The notes beneath the pieces were generated by a model. That model was not told the origin of the DNA. It did no database searches and was given only the letters and a program-made list of their open reading frames with translations. Positions 47,227 through 57,970 of a DNA stretch of 64,000 nt are shown here, one piece after another (the first letter of the stretch is position 1; each line of letters begins with the position of its first letter). The position numbers and the translations under genes are program-made. This DNA comes from Roseibacillus sp. (lineage in GTDB: Bacteria > Verrucomicrobiota > Verrucomicrobiia > Verrucomicrobiales > Akkermansiaceae): assembly GCA_051251855.1 (NCBI GenBank), contig JBPOGI010000001.1:480001-544000 (forward strand). The letters run 5' to 3'.

Positions 47227-48801
47227 ATGAAATACAGTTCTTTATTAATCGGGGTCCTGATGTCGTCTTTCGTCGCTCTCCATGGGGAGGAAGCTCCTCC
47301 AAATGTGGTTCTCATCTTTGCCGATGACTTGGGTTATGGAGATTTGGGCTGCTATGGCGCAACGAAGCTCAAAACACCGAATATTGATAAGTTGGCGGCT
47401 GAGGGGCGGAAGTTCACCGATGCGCATTCGTCCTCGGCGGTTTGCACGCCTTCTCGATTTGGCCTTTTGACGGGAGAGTATCCTTTTCGCGGAAATGGAG
47501 GGAAGGGCATTTGGGGGCCCGCTCCGATTACCTCTCCGCTGCTGATTGATACCGATACCGTCACGGTTGCGGATCTGTTTAAGAATAAGGGATACGATAC
47601 TGCGGTGATTGGGAAATGGCATTTGGGTTTTGGAACCGGCACGAACAAGTGGCAGGAGCCACTGCGACCTGGACCGCAGGACCTTGGTTTTGATTATTAC
47701 TTTGGGATGCCGGTGGTGAATAGTGCGCCGCCTTACTTGTATGTGGAGAATGATGGTATCGTTGGTGGCGACCCTGCGGATCCATTGGTGCATCTCGGTA
47801 GAGGCGCTGGTAAGGAGGCGACGCCCATCACGCCTATTGCCCCGAAAGAAGCGCAACGCAGCGGCAATCAGTTTGGAGGAGCGGTTGAGGCTCATAAGTT
47901 GTTCAACGATTACGAGGTGGGAACGAAGTTGACTGAGAAGGCGACGGACTGGATTAAGTCTCGTGAAAAGAAGCCTTTCTTTCTCTATTTTTCGACCACC
48001 AACGTTCATCACCCCTTCACGCCGGCGAAGCGTTTTCAAGGAACCAGCGAGAGCGGGGTCTACGGGGACTTTGTTCATGAGCTGGACTGGATTGTTGGCG
48101 AGGTCATGAAGAGTCTCGAGGAGAGTGGGGTTGCGGATAACACCCTCGTCATTTTCACCAGTGATAATGGAGGAATGTTCAATCTGGGAGGCCGAGCGGC
48201 TGCTGAGCTAGGTCATCAAATCAATGGCGATCTTCTTGGTTCCAAGTTTGGGATTTGGGAAGGTGGCCACAGGGTGCCCTTCATCGCTTGGTGGCCTAGA
48301 ACAATCAAAGCTGGGAGCGTGTCGAATCAGTTGCTGAGCGGCATCGATTTGTTAGCGACGGTTGCGGAGCTTACCAGTCAGGACCTCGCGGATTCGAAAG
48401 ATAGTATTAGTATGCTGTCCGCTTTGGTCACTGACTCAACAGAGCCACTGCGCGAGGAATTGGTTCTGCAAGCGTCCAAGCAATCGCATGTCTCTCTGAG
48501 GAAGGGAAAGTGGATGTATATCCCCGCGCGCAATGACGGTGGATTTACGGGGTCGAAGCCTGGTCAGCATGCCTGGGGAGGGCCTGCGGTGACCACCCTT
48601 GTGGATACTCCTAACAGTGACATTGAGAACGGAAAGCTCAAGAAGGGTGCTCCTCCGGCGCAGCTCTATGATCTGGAGGCTGATGTGAACCAAACGAAGA
48701 ACCTCTACAACGAGCATCCTGAATTGGTCAAAAAGATGGCGGCTAGCCTCGATGAGGTGAGGCCGAAGTCTGCACCAAGGAAAGGGAAGAAGGGAAAGTA
48801 G
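47227..48801 (+). CDS. Formylglycine-dependent (S1) arylsulfatase, Cys-type
   Basis: ADDLGYGD, CTPSR, GKWHLG, SDNG and EGGHRVP; signal peptide. Confidence 0.95.
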   Translation: MKYSSLLIGVLMSSFVALHGEEAPPNVVLIFADDLGYGDLGCYGATKLKTPNIDKLAAEGRKFTDAHSSSAVCTPSRFGLLTGEYPFRGNGGKGIWGPAPITSPLLIDTDTVTVADLFKNKGYDTAVIGKWHLGFGTGTNKWQEPLRPGPQDLGFDYYFGMPVVNSAPPYLYVENDGIVGGDPADPLVHLGRGAGKEATPITPIAPKEAQRSGNQFGGAVEAHKLFNDYEVGTKLTEKATDWIKSREKKPFFLYFSTTNVHHPFTPAKRFQGTSESGVYGDFVHELDWIVGEVMKSLEESGVADNTLVIFTSDNGGMFNLGGRAAAELGHQINGDLLGSKFGIWEGGHRVPFIAWWPRTIKAGSVSNQLLSGIDLLATVAELTSQDLADSKDSISMLSALVTDSTEPLREELVLQASKQSHVSLRKGKWMYIPARNDGGFTGSKPGQHAWGGPAVTTLVDTPNSDIENGKLKKGAPPAQLYDLEADVNQTKNLYNEHPELVKKMAASLDEVRPKSAPRKGKKGK

Positions 48802-48837
48802 ACTTCGACGAAGGTTGATTCCGCAAACCAAGAGAAA

Positions 48838-50298
48838 ATGGTAAATCGATTTCATGGCGCCCTTTTGACCTCCTTCTGTCTGGTCGCTTTGTGCGGTCAG
48901 ATGAATTGCTTCAGCGCATCCCAGTCGCCCAACGTCATTTTCATTCTCATGGACGACATGGGTTACAGTGATGTCAGTTGCTATGGGGCAACCAAGGTCA
49001 AAACTCCGAATATTGACCGCATGGCGGAGGATGGATTGCAGTTTACGCACTTTCATGCGGCCGCTTCGATTTGCTCGCCTTCGCGGGCGGCGTTTCTCAC
49101 CGGAGCCTATCCTCAAAGGGCGGGGCTCTACATGGGTATTAATCAAAAGCGGGAAGCGCACTGGTTTCTAGGGCTCAATCCCGATGAGGTTACCATTGCG
49201 GAGCAGTTCAAAAAGAAAGGCTACGTGACGGCGATGGTGGGGAAGTGGCACTTGGGTAAGGAAGAGGAATTCTCTTACTATCACCAAGGCTTCGATCACT
49301 ACTATGGAGCTCCGGACAACATGGGGCATAATTCGGCTTTTTATGATGAGCGGAAAATCATCTACAAAAACACGCCCCTAGCAAAGCTTACTACCCTCTA
49401 CACTCAGAGGATGGTGAAGCACGTTGAGGACTTCAAGGATCAGCCTTTTTTTATCTACTTCGCTCACAATTATCCGCACACCCCTTACAAAGCGGGACCT
49501 AAGTTCAAAGGTTCTTCGAAAGATGGGGTGAGAGGGGACATCATTCAGGAAGCAGATTGGGGGGTTGGCGAAATCCTCAAGGCGCTGGAGAAGAACGGGA
49601 TATTGGACAATACCCTCGTGGTCTTCAGCTCAGATAACGGCGCGGTTTCTGCGAAGTATTCTAAGCCCTATAGCGGGACGAAGTATCTTTCACTGGAGGG
49701 TGGCCATCGGGTGCCGTTTATCATGTATTGGAAGGGCGGTATTCAAAAGCCAGCAGTGTTAGATGTTCCGGTGAATGCGATGGATCTCTTTCCGACCTTG
49801 TCTGAGTTGGCGGAGGCACCAATACCTGAGGGCCGGATTTACGATGGGGTGAGATTGACTCCTTTGTTCTCGGGAGGAGAGATTGCTCGCTCGAAGGATG
49901 AGCCTTTCTACTACTACAATTGCGAGAACTTGCAGGCGGTTCGGGTGGGCGACTGGAAGCTGCATTTGCCTCGAACTCAGGAGCAAATTCCTTTTTGGGC
50001 AGTGAAAAAGCAGAAGCCAATTGCGGAGCCGAAGCTCTATAATCTTGCGCAAGAAGTGGGAGAGAAGACCGACTTGGCGTCAGAGCATCCGGAGCGGGTT
50101 TCTGAACTGGTAGCGCTTGCCGAAGAGACTCGTCTGAAGCTGGGAGAATTTGGCAAGCGAGGTTCGGAGCAACGACCTACTGGAACGCTTTTTCCAGAGG
50201 TTCCTATTTTAAGCAATCAGAAGCAGGACTGGGATCCGCTATCGGACGAAGAAAAAGGGCGAGGAAAGAGCGAATTTAAGAAGGTTCGTTCGCGCTAA
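48838..50298 (+). CDS. Formylglycine-dependent (S1) sulfatase, Cys-type
   Basis: MDDMGYSD, CSPSR, GKWHLG, PHTP and SDNG; signal peptide. Confidence 0.95.
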   Translation: MVNRFHGALLTSFCLVALCGQMNCFSASQSPNVIFILMDDMGYSDVSCYGATKVKTPNIDRMAEDGLQFTHFHAAASICSPSRAAFLTGAYPQRAGLYMGINQKREAHWFLGLNPDEVTIAEQFKKKGYVTAMVGKWHLGKEEEFSYYHQGFDHYYGAPDNMGHNSAFYDERKIIYKNTPLAKLTTLYTQRMVKHVEDFKDQPFFIYFAHNYPHTPYKAGPKFKGSSKDGVRGDIIQEADWGVGEILKALEKNGILDNTLVVFSSDNGAVSAKYSKPYSGTKYLSLEGGHRVPFIMYWKGGIQKPAVLDVPVNAMDLFPTLSELAEAPIPEGRIYDGVRLTPLFSGGEIARSKDEPFYYYNCENLQAVRVGDWKLHLPRTQEQIPFWAVKKQKPIAEPKLYNLAQEVGEKTDLASEHPERVSELVALAEETRLKLGEFGKRGSEQRPTGTLFPEVPILSNQKQDWDPLSDEEKGRGKSEFKKVRSR

Positions 50299-50365
50299 GA
50301 GAGCTCCTCCTCACTGGCTCACTGAGTCTTCTAGTAACCTAAAAAAAAGCCGACAGAGTTCCGAT

Positions 50366-52987
50366 ATGAAGACATTCGAAAAGCTTTTGCCACTTAAGCC
50401 CGCAGCGGGATACGTTCTCTCTTGTCTAGGCACCTCATTCAGTTTTGGAGAGGTAGCCAACCCGCAGGCTCATCCATATGCAGAGGCAGGAGGGCATCGT
50501 GAGAGCTACGAGCACGCCGATGCCAAGGTGAACGAAGCGCGAGTCTACGGCTTCTATCAACGGCAGGCAGACTACTATTTGGCGATGCCGCCCGAGGAAC
50601 GTCCGACTCTTCTTCCTGCATTTCCGGGGTTAGATGGAGGGCTGCATGGTCATTGGGGGAAATACAATCAAAACCAACATCGCGATGGTCGCTGGAATCA
50701 GGCGGAGATGGGGTCCATGCATTCTCATGTCACGCGGGGGAATCCCAAGGAGTTGGAAGTGGTGCTGAAGGGGGTGAATGTGAAGCTCGGCGATGGGGTG
50801 GCGGCTTGTTTCGATCCGGACTCGCTCAATTATCGGGCCATTTGGGATGGGTGGATCAAGTTCGATTCTTTCCGCTGGGGTACGTCACGAAATGCGAAGG
50901 TCTCTGGGAAGATGCGGTTCTTCCAAACGAAGCCCATTGAGATTCCCGAGAGTCGCTATCTGGGGCTCTACCGCCATGGCGAGCGGGTGGTTTTTCACTA
51001 TCGTATTGGGGATGTTGAGATTCTCGATAGCCCGAGTCTGCGTGATGGCGAGTTTGTTCGGACGGTGGAGGTCGTGAGTAAAGGCGGAAGAGAGTCGCTC
51101 CCAGAGCTTCCTGGGCCAGCGGTTGAGTATGGAACGCTCAGTCAGTTTACAAAAGGAGGTCAGTCTGCTTGGCCTGAGACGGTGACGACACAGACTCTCA
51201 TGGGAAAGGCAAAGGAGGGGGCCTCCTATGTGGTCGATACCTTGGAGGTTCCTTATGAGAATCCCTACCGGTCGGTGATGCAGCTCTCGGGGATTGCCTT
51301 CGGTCCGGATGAGACCATTTATGTGTCTACGGTAATTGGGGAGATTTGGTCGGTAAAGGAGTCACCCAAACAATCCGGTGAACTTACTTGGAAGCGGTTT
51401 GCCTCGGGGCTCAATTCTCCGATGGGATTGCACGCTGACGAGGATGGACTCTTCGCTCTCGACCGAGGACAGATTTACCGTTTTCACGATTTGAATGACA
51501 ATGGCGAGGCCGATTACTATGAGAGTTATGCTAACGATTTTGGGGGATTCGATAAGAGCCATACTCACACCTTCGGTTTGCATCGCACGGCGGACGGCTC
51601 GTTTCACTTTACGCAAAAGGAGTTGATCATGCGGACCTCGCCCGAGGGCGTGACGAGTGAGGTGGGCTACGGGATGCGCAATGCAATGGGGATTGGGGGC
51701 TCGGCTGACTTTTTCTGGATTGGTCCGCAGGAGGGGACTTGGACTCCTGCCTCTACCATTGTTGAGGTGGAGGAAGGACGTCATTATGGCGTGCCTCATG
51801 GCAGTGACCCTCAGCCGATTTCTGCACCGCTCTGTTTTATCCCGCGTGGCATTGATAATTCGGTGGGTGGGTTTGTTGAAATTACTTCTGATCGCTGGGG
51901 GCCGTTTGAGGGCTCTCATGTCGGGCTGAGCTTTGGGGCTTGCTCGCACTACTTGGTCTTGCGCGATGCTCAGGGTCCTAAGCCTCAGGCTGCGACGGTT
52001 CCGTTGGAAGGGGAGTTTTTGGCAGGGGTCATTCGAGGAGCGTTCCGCGAGAGTGACGGCCAACTTTATGTGGTAGGTCTTGATGGCTGGGGGGACTATT
52101 CTCAGCAGGATGGTTGTTTGCAGCGTGTTCGTTACTTGGATGCAGTGGTTCGCAAGCCTTCTAGTTTTCAGGTTTTTGAGAATGGACTCCAAGTGGATTT
52201 CCCGATGGCCTTGGATCGAGAGGCAGTGGCGGAGGTCTCGAACTATCTGGCGCAGACTTGGGAGTATGTTTATTCCAAGGGGTATGGCTCGCCTGAGTTT
52301 TCAGCGAAATCTGACGAAGTGGGTCACGACCTGCTCTCGATTACTTCGGTTCATGCTTTGGAAGATGGGCGTTCGATTTTTGTGGAGATTCCGGAATTGA
52401 ATCCAACCATGGTGCTCTATCTTCGGATGCATTTGAAGGATGCTCAAGGAGTGTCCTTTGCGACTGATCTCTTTGCATCGCCGATGTATCCTCAGCCCTA
52501 TTTCGCTTTCGAGGGTGCTCAGCCACGGGTGGAAGGAAAGCCCCGTGAGGTCGCTCTACGGGTGAAGAATTCCCCAGCGAATGCGCCCAAGAGTGGAGGA
52601 AAGAAGCTCAAGGGAGCCAAGGAACTGGTGGTGAATGCGGTGAGCGGTCTCAAGTATGAGCAGACCTTGTTAGAGGTGAAGCCGAGGCAACCGCTCTCGC
52701 TCACGTTCTTGAATCAAGATGTGATGCCTCACAACTTGGTGATTTTGGCTCCGGGTGCGACGGAGAAGGTGGGCATGGCCTCTTTCAAAATGCTCAACGA
52801 TCCCAAGGCTGCGGACAAGAACTACGCTCCGGATCTGCCGGAGGTGCTACACGTGATTCCCGTTATCAATCCTGAAGAAGATTACGTTTTAAATTTCCGA
52901 GCTCCTCGCAAGAAGGGCGACTACCCCTATATCTGCACCTTTCCGGGGCACTGGCAGGCGATGCAGGGAATCCTGCGGGTGCGGTAG
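50366..52987 (+). CDS. DUF6797-like beta-propeller protein with C-terminal azurin/plastocyanin blue-copper domain
   Basis: Propeller-like segments (FASGLNSPMGL, DLNDNGEAD); copper ligands in MPHN and YICTFPGHWQAM. Confidence 0.8.
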   Translation: MKTFEKLLPLKPAAGYVLSCLGTSFSFGEVANPQAHPYAEAGGHRESYEHADAKVNEARVYGFYQRQADYYLAMPPEERPTLLPAFPGLDGGLHGHWGKYNQNQHRDGRWNQAEMGSMHSHVTRGNPKELEVVLKGVNVKLGDGVAACFDPDSLNYRAIWDGWIKFDSFRWGTSRNAKVSGKMRFFQTKPIEIPESRYLGLYRHGERVVFHYRIGDVEILDSPSLRDGEFVRTVEVVSKGGRESLPELPGPAVEYGTLSQFTKGGQSAWPETVTTQTLMGKAKEGASYVVDTLEVPYENPYRSVMQLSGIAFGPDETIYVSTVIGEIWSVKESPKQSGELTWKRFASGLNSPMGLHADEDGLFALDRGQIYRFHDLNDNGEADYYESYANDFGGFDKSHTHTFGLHRTADGSFHFTQKELIMRTSPEGVTSEVGYGMRNAMGIGGSADFFWIGPQEGTWTPASTIVEVEEGRHYGVPHGSDPQPISAPLCFIPRGIDNSVGGFVEITSDRWGPFEGSHVGLSFGACSHYLVLRDAQGPKPQAATVPLEGEFLAGVIRGAFRESDGQLYVVGLDGWGDYSQQDGCLQRVRYLDAVVRKPSSFQVFENGLQVDFPMALDREAVAEVSNYLAQTWEYVYSKGYGSPEFSAKSDEVGHDLLSITSVHALEDGRSIFVEIPELNPTMVLYLRMHLKDAQGVSFATDLFASPMYPQPYFAFEGAQPRVEGKPREVALRVKNSPANAPKSGGKKLKGAKELVVNAVSGLKYEQTLLEVKPRQPLSLTFLNQDVMPHNLVILAPGATEKVGMASFKMLNDPKAADKNYAPDLPEVLHVIPVINPEEDYVLNFRAPRKKGDYPYICTFPGHWQAMQGILRVR

Positions 52988-53054
52988 CAGGATTAAGAAC
53001 GTGACCAACCCTTGCTCGAACTCTTAGATGAATTTAGAAATTAGAAACCCCAAG

Positions 53055-54911
53055 ATGAAAAACTATTCCTGTATTGTATTTGGAACGGCTTTGCTGGCCG
53101 CCAACCTATTCGCGGCCCCTGTGGTCGTTGAGTCTCCGGATGGAAAGATTTCGGCTTCGTTCGAGGTGGATGAAGGCACGCTTTTCTATTCGATTTCGAA
53201 GGGGAAGACTCCGATTGTGGGTTCTTCGAAAGTGGAACTCTTTGCAGGCAAGAAGATGACCCTCGGTGAGGAATCGAGGAGTGAAAATGATTCCACTTGG
53301 AAGCCAGTCTGGGGGCAGTTTAGCGAGATTCGTGATCATCATCGTGAGCTGACTCTTTCGATGAAAGCTGGCGAGATACCTGTGAAGTTGGTTTGCCGTG
53401 CCTTTGATGAGGGCGTGGGGTTCCGGTTTGTGTTGTCGGACGAGTCGAAGGGCCAGAAGATGACTTTTTCCAGCGAATACAAGGTGCTCGATGGTGAGGC
53501 TCATTACGCGGGACAGCGCGGTGGAAAAGCTTCTCCGAAAGGCAAGGGGGGAGTTCCCTTGGTGACTGAGCGCAAAGAGGGGCTCCATGTGGCCCTGATT
53601 GAGTCCGACTTATACTCTGCGGCAGGGTTTGAGTCGATGAGTGTTCAAGGTGTGAAGGGTGGGGGGACGTTTCGGGCAACTACGCCGAAGCCAGCGGCCT
53701 CTATCGGGGAAGGGCAGGTGACGCCTTGGCGGACGATCTTGATTGGTGATAATGCGGGGGACCTGGTCGTGAATACGGTTTCGTTGAACCTAGCCGCGCC
53801 CTGTCAATTGGAAGACACGAGTTGGATTAAGCCTGGTAAGGGGCTGTGGGACTGGCGTGTTCATGGTTACGACAACGGTGATTTTGTCTATGGTATCGAT
53901 ACTCGCAGTTACCTCCGCTATATTGATTTTTGCGCGGAGCAGGGATTGGAATATTTCACGGTGGATGACCATTGGTTCCTATCTGCTGGGGAGGGAAAGA
54001 TGGAGGTTTCCCCCAAGGTTGATATTGAGAAGGTGATGAGCTACGCCAAAGAAAAGGGTGTGATGATTATGCTCTACTACGATCGCAAGAAGGGGAATTT
54101 TGGAGATGAGACCCTCTTTAGCAACTACGCGGGACGGGGCGCGACAGGGATGAAGTATGGCTTCATGGGCAATAAGGGCGGCTTCACGAGAGATGCCATG
54201 AATGCTGCCGCTGAAAACAAAATTCTGATCAACTTCCACGATGGCCCCGTGCCGATGTCAGGAGTAGAGCGAACTTTGCCTCACCTCATTACCCGGGAGT
54301 ATTGCCATGGTCAGCAAGACAGTCGCAGTGCCTTCACGCCGGAGACATTCCTCAAGATGGCTATGGTGAGCTCTTTGTCGGGTCCGTTAGATATGTCGAA
54401 TGGCAATTTTGGAATCAAGAGTATCAATGCGGGCGAGCGTGAGAAGGGTCCGAGAAAGAAGAATAGCTATATCTCCACGGTGGTCAGTGAGGTGGCGCGT
54501 AATCTGGTGATTTACACAGGGCTCGTGACTTTGCCGGATGCACCAGAAGAGTATCGTAAGAAGCTCGACTTGTTCGAATTTCTAAAAGTGATGCCTTCGA
54601 CTTGGGATGACTCTCAAGTTCTCAATTCCAAGATTGGGGAGTATATCACCACTGCTCGCCGTAGCGGCGATGACTGGTTCGTGGCTTCGGTCAATGATCA
54701 GACAGAGCGGGCGCTAGATGTTTCTCTCGATTTTATCGAGAGGGGCAAGAGCTACCAAGCTACCCTCTTTCAAGATGCTCCTAATTCCCATGGGGTGAAG
54801 AATCCCGAGGTCTACGAGATTGAAACGAAAACCGTGAAGTATGGCGATGTGATCTCTGCGAAAATGGCAGTGGGCGGCGGACATGCCATGATTTTGCGTC
54901 CGGTAAAATAA
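53055..54911 (+). CDS. Glycoside hydrolase family 97-like protein (atypical catalytic motifs)
   Basis: SPDGK N-terminus, WKPVWG, TPWR, SWIKPGK, YIDF, GPLD, PSTWDD, IGEY...ARRSG and GGG C-terminus. Confidence 0.88.
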   Translation: MKNYSCIVFGTALLAANLFAAPVVVESPDGKISASFEVDEGTLFYSISKGKTPIVGSSKVELFAGKKMTLGEESRSENDSTWKPVWGQFSEIRDHHRELTLSMKAGEIPVKLVCRAFDEGVGFRFVLSDESKGQKMTFSSEYKVLDGEAHYAGQRGGKASPKGKGGVPLVTERKEGLHVALIESDLYSAAGFESMSVQGVKGGGTFRATTPKPAASIGEGQVTPWRTILIGDNAGDLVVNTVSLNLAAPCQLEDTSWIKPGKGLWDWRVHGYDNGDFVYGIDTRSYLRYIDFCAEQGLEYFTVDDHWFLSAGEGKMEVSPKVDIEKVMSYAKEKGVMIMLYYDRKKGNFGDETLFSNYAGRGATGMKYGFMGNKGGFTRDAMNAAAENKILINFHDGPVPMSGVERTLPHLITREYCHGQQDSRSAFTPETFLKMAMVSSLSGPLDMSNGNFGIKSINAGEREKGPRKKNSYISTVVSEVARNLVIYTGLVTLPDAPEEYRKKLDLFEFLKVMPSTWDDSQVLNSKIGEYITTARRSGDDWFVASVNDQTERALDVSLDFIERGKSYQATLFQDAPNSHGVKNPEVYEIETKTVKYGDVISAKMAVGGGHAMILRPVK

Positions 54912-54927
54912 TCTAATAGAAGGTCTT

Positions 54928-55581
54928 TTAAAGAAGGCCCTTCCGGTAGCCTTTGGCTACGGCTGCAGGTGCGTTTTGGACCTGAAGCTTTTGATAGATG
55001 TGCTTAATGTGATAGGCGACCGTGGTAACTCCGATGTTGAGGTGGTTGGCTATTTCTTTTTTGACCATTCCTTCTCCTAGGAGAGAGAGAATTTCGAGTT
55101 CACGACCGGAGAGGGCCTTCTCGAGTTGGTTCTCGGTGGGACGTGTTCTCAGTTTGTTAAGAATGAATTGGGCGACACTGGGGTCGAGGGAGGCGCCGCC
55201 CTTAAACACAATCTTGATGGCGTCTTTGATTTGTTGGGCAGTGGCTGACTTGAGGAGGTAGCCCGAAGCGCCTAGGGATATGGCGGTGAGGACATCGCTT
55301 TCCTTGTCTGACTGGGTGAGGACAATGATCTTGGACTTGGCTGAATATTGTTTGAACCAGGGAATGGCTTCGAGACCAGACACTCCGGGAAGATTGAGGT
55401 CGAGGAGAAGGACGTCAGGGGCCTCGTTCTCAGTAAGCTTCTCAATCTCTCGGAGTGCGATTTCTGCTGTGCCGAATTGGTCGATTAGCTTGAGTTCAGA
55501 AGTGCTTCCGAGGGTACGGGTGATGACCTCCCGGTATCCGGCGTGATCTTCGATAAGCATGACTTTAATGGTTGCGGGCAT
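54928..55581 (-). CDS. NarL/LuxR-family response regulator
   Basis: LIED, LLDLNLP (phospho-Asp), GYLLK and HTH LSGRELEIL...TTVAYHIKHIYQKL. Probable ATG start at 55581. Confidence 0.93.
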   Translation of the reverse strand: MPATIKVMLIEDHAGYREVITRTLGSTSELKLIDQFGTAEIALREIEKLTENEAPDVLLLDLNLPGVSGLEAIPWFKQYSAKSKIIVLTQSDKESDVLTAISLGASGYLLKSATAQQIKDAIKIVFKGGASLDPSVAQFILNKLRTRPTENQLEKALSGRELEILSLLGEGMVKKEIANHLNIGVTTVAYHIKHIYQKLQVQNAPAAVAKGYRKGLL

Positions 55582-55613
55582 GGTTTTGCTGGGTTGTTCG
55601 AAGCTCACTGGGT

Positions 55614-57575
55614 TTATCCAAATAGAGGACGTTTCGATCTCTTGAGATGGAGCTTAATGCAGGTTCCGCCTTCCGTCGAGTTTTCGGCAGTGACTTGACC
55701 TCGAATGAGGCGAGCACGGCGCTTAAGGGATGGAGGGACTTCACCAGCGATTCCGTGTCCGTTGTCGCTAATGATTAAGGAGAGTTCTTCCAGATTGGCT
55801 TGGAGATGAGTGGTGACGTGGGTGGCTTGAGAGTGGCGAAGAATGTTTACGAGGCATTCCTTGTAGAATAGGAAAATGTCGATGCGCCTCCTTGGTTTGA
55901 GGTTCGCGAGGTGTTCGCTGCCGTCGAAAGTGAGTTTGTGATCAATATCGGCAAGAAGGCTTTCGTTCGCTCGCTTCATTTCATCGACTAAGTCCTCGCA
56001 GAGGCCACGAGATTCGAGCACGTTAGCCCAGTTCCGAATCGCACGTCCACTGCGTTCGGTGAAGACGCGAGACCGTTCGAGTAGTTCCTGGAGCTCATCG
56101 GGTGACTGGGTATCCCTCGCTAGGTCCCCAAGGAGTCCGATAGTGTGAATGTTGGCTCCGAGTTCATCGTGAAGGTCGGCGGCGAAGCGTTCGCGCATTC
56201 GGGTGGCTTGTCGCAAGCGAAGGAACCGAGTGACGAGGATAGTGAACCCAATGGCGGCAGCCAGTATGGCCGCGACCCATGTCATGATGAAGAGGTTTCT
56301 TTTTTGGGCCTCATAGCGTCGCGCAAGTTCTGCCGCGACGACAGGGCGCTCCGACTCCAAGAGGTGGCGTTGGGAGAGTTGCTCAACCCAGGTACGAACC
56401 GGCAAAATTTTTCCGTAGAGGTTGCGGCCGTCGGTCAAGGCTTCGAGCGAGCGCAAACTGGAGGTGTCAGCGGGAGGCGCCTTCCACTCGGGGTGAACAG
56501 GCTTTCGGAAGGCGACGTTTTTGCCTTGAGAGAAGAGTTCGATTTCGGCAAAGCCAAAACGTGACTGCTCGTCTCGGTTGGGGCTTCGAATGCGGATATA
56601 CCGGCAGTTTGGTTGCTTCAGGGGCCACATCATCACGGGGCCTACGTCCGTGACTCGATCGAGGCGAGCCTCCACCATCAAAACCACATCAGAAAAGTCA
56701 GGAGCGAGGGCCCCTTCTATGATGAGACTTGGAGGGAGGCCTAAGCTGCCTGGGTAAGCTTGGGGAACGGTGTCGCTTTGGTCGACGGCATGGAGATGGA
56801 TAGCGGAGAGGGGGAATGGTTCGCCCAAGTCAAGGGTGAGGGCAGGATGTCTACTGACAGAGCTGATGTAGGCCACACTCGGATCTCCTTGAGCTGCGTC
56901 CATGAGATAGGGCAGGTGGCCATCGACAAGAAATCGTTTGTTCCAAGCTCGGCTCAGGTCCGGAGGATGGACCGAGGAGACTGTCACGGGGCGTCGAAGA
57001 GCAATGTTTCGCTTCCCGCTAAAGACCATCAGTTCCGAGAGCTGAAAGATAAATTTCTGGTCAAAAGCTCGGCGGGACAAGTGGGTGGCTTCGATCCGAA
57101 TCCAGGAGGCGGCCTGCTGGTTGGCGATGATGGTGAGAGGGGCAATGCGAGGGAGGAGTCGGTCGCTATCCTGATACTCCGTGATGACGGAGCCATCACG
57201 ATCCTCATCGGTGCCGGCAAGAACGCGAAACCCGAGTGGAAAGCCGTCGGAGAGGAAGCCTGCGTTCGAGTCCCGCCAGAGAGTGGGCACGAGAACGATT
57301 TCGTCGATGGGGTAGGCTTGGTCGAAAGTGACCTGCACCCACTCGTGAGAGCCGGGTTCACGATGTGAGATGGAGCGATACCCGATGGAACCGACTCCGC
57401 TTCGGAGGCTATAGCGTGCCAGTTTGGTCAGCTCGGCATCGATTTCGTCCAACCGCTTTTCGAGTGATTTCGAAGACCGTTTTTCTGAATCAGCCTCCAG
57501 CTCCACCCCTACGAGGGAGGCAGGGAAAAAGGCTAACAGCAAAAGAGCATGCCATCCATTCAGCACTCGAAGCAT
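55614..57575 (-). CDS. HisKA_3-type sensor histidine kinase with extracytoplasmic discoidin/galactose-binding-like domains
   Basis: Signal/TM segment; NIALRRPV and NVAFRKPV...LTDG discoidin-like motifs; TM segment; RERFAADLHDELG, ECLVNILRHS and DNGHG. Confidence 0.88.
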   Translation of the reverse strand: MLRVLNGWHALLLLAFFPASLVGVELEADSEKRSSKSLEKRLDEIDAELTKLARYSLRSGVGSIGYRSISHREPGSHEWVQVTFDQAYPIDEIVLVPTLWRDSNAGFLSDGFPLGFRVLAGTDEDRDGSVITEYQDSDRLLPRIAPLTIIANQQAASWIRIEATHLSRRAFDQKFIFQLSELMVFSGKRNIALRRPVTVSSVHPPDLSRAWNKRFLVDGHLPYLMDAAQGDPSVAYISSVSRHPALTLDLGEPFPLSAIHLHAVDQSDTVPQAYPGSLGLPPSLIIEGALAPDFSDVVLMVEARLDRVTDVGPVMMWPLKQPNCRYIRIRSPNRDEQSRFGFAEIELFSQGKNVAFRKPVHPEWKAPPADTSSLRSLEALTDGRNLYGKILPVRTWVEQLSQRHLLESERPVVAAELARRYEAQKRNLFIMTWVAAILAAAIGFTILVTRFLRLRQATRMRERFAADLHDELGANIHTIGLLGDLARDTQSPDELQELLERSRVFTERSGRAIRNWANVLESRGLCEDLVDEMKRANESLLADIDHKLTFDGSEHLANLKPRRRIDIFLFYKECLVNILRHSQATHVTTHLQANLEELSLIISDNGHGIAGEVPPSLKRRARLIRGQVTAENSTEGGTCIKLHLKRSKRPLFG

Positions 57576-57970
57576 GCCTTGGTGTCTAACATAGACGAGC
57601 TAGCCTGTAGCTTACAAAATCACAGGTTCGCTGAATCCGTTTGCCGTCCCATTCAGTGGCGGGGAAAGTTGGAGGCAGGCCCTTCTTTTTTCTGACCTTT
57701 GCGTGAAGAAGAAAGGCGACCAGCTTTTTATAGTCTCCGGCGACGGAAGACCAAAAGTCTGCGCTGCCAAGGCCACAACTCACGGACTATGATACCAAGA
57801 CCTATAAGCTTCTAGGCATAGATGTCCGTGTCGGCCGCTTCAAACGTCGTGGTTTTCGTAAGCATTAATAGCTTGAGGGTGCGGCAGGCTCTTTCTTCAA
57901 AATTTTCAGGAAACCTCTAACGCTTGTGAATATACGACAAATCCAGAAAGTCTGGCCCGGCCCGCTCTTG

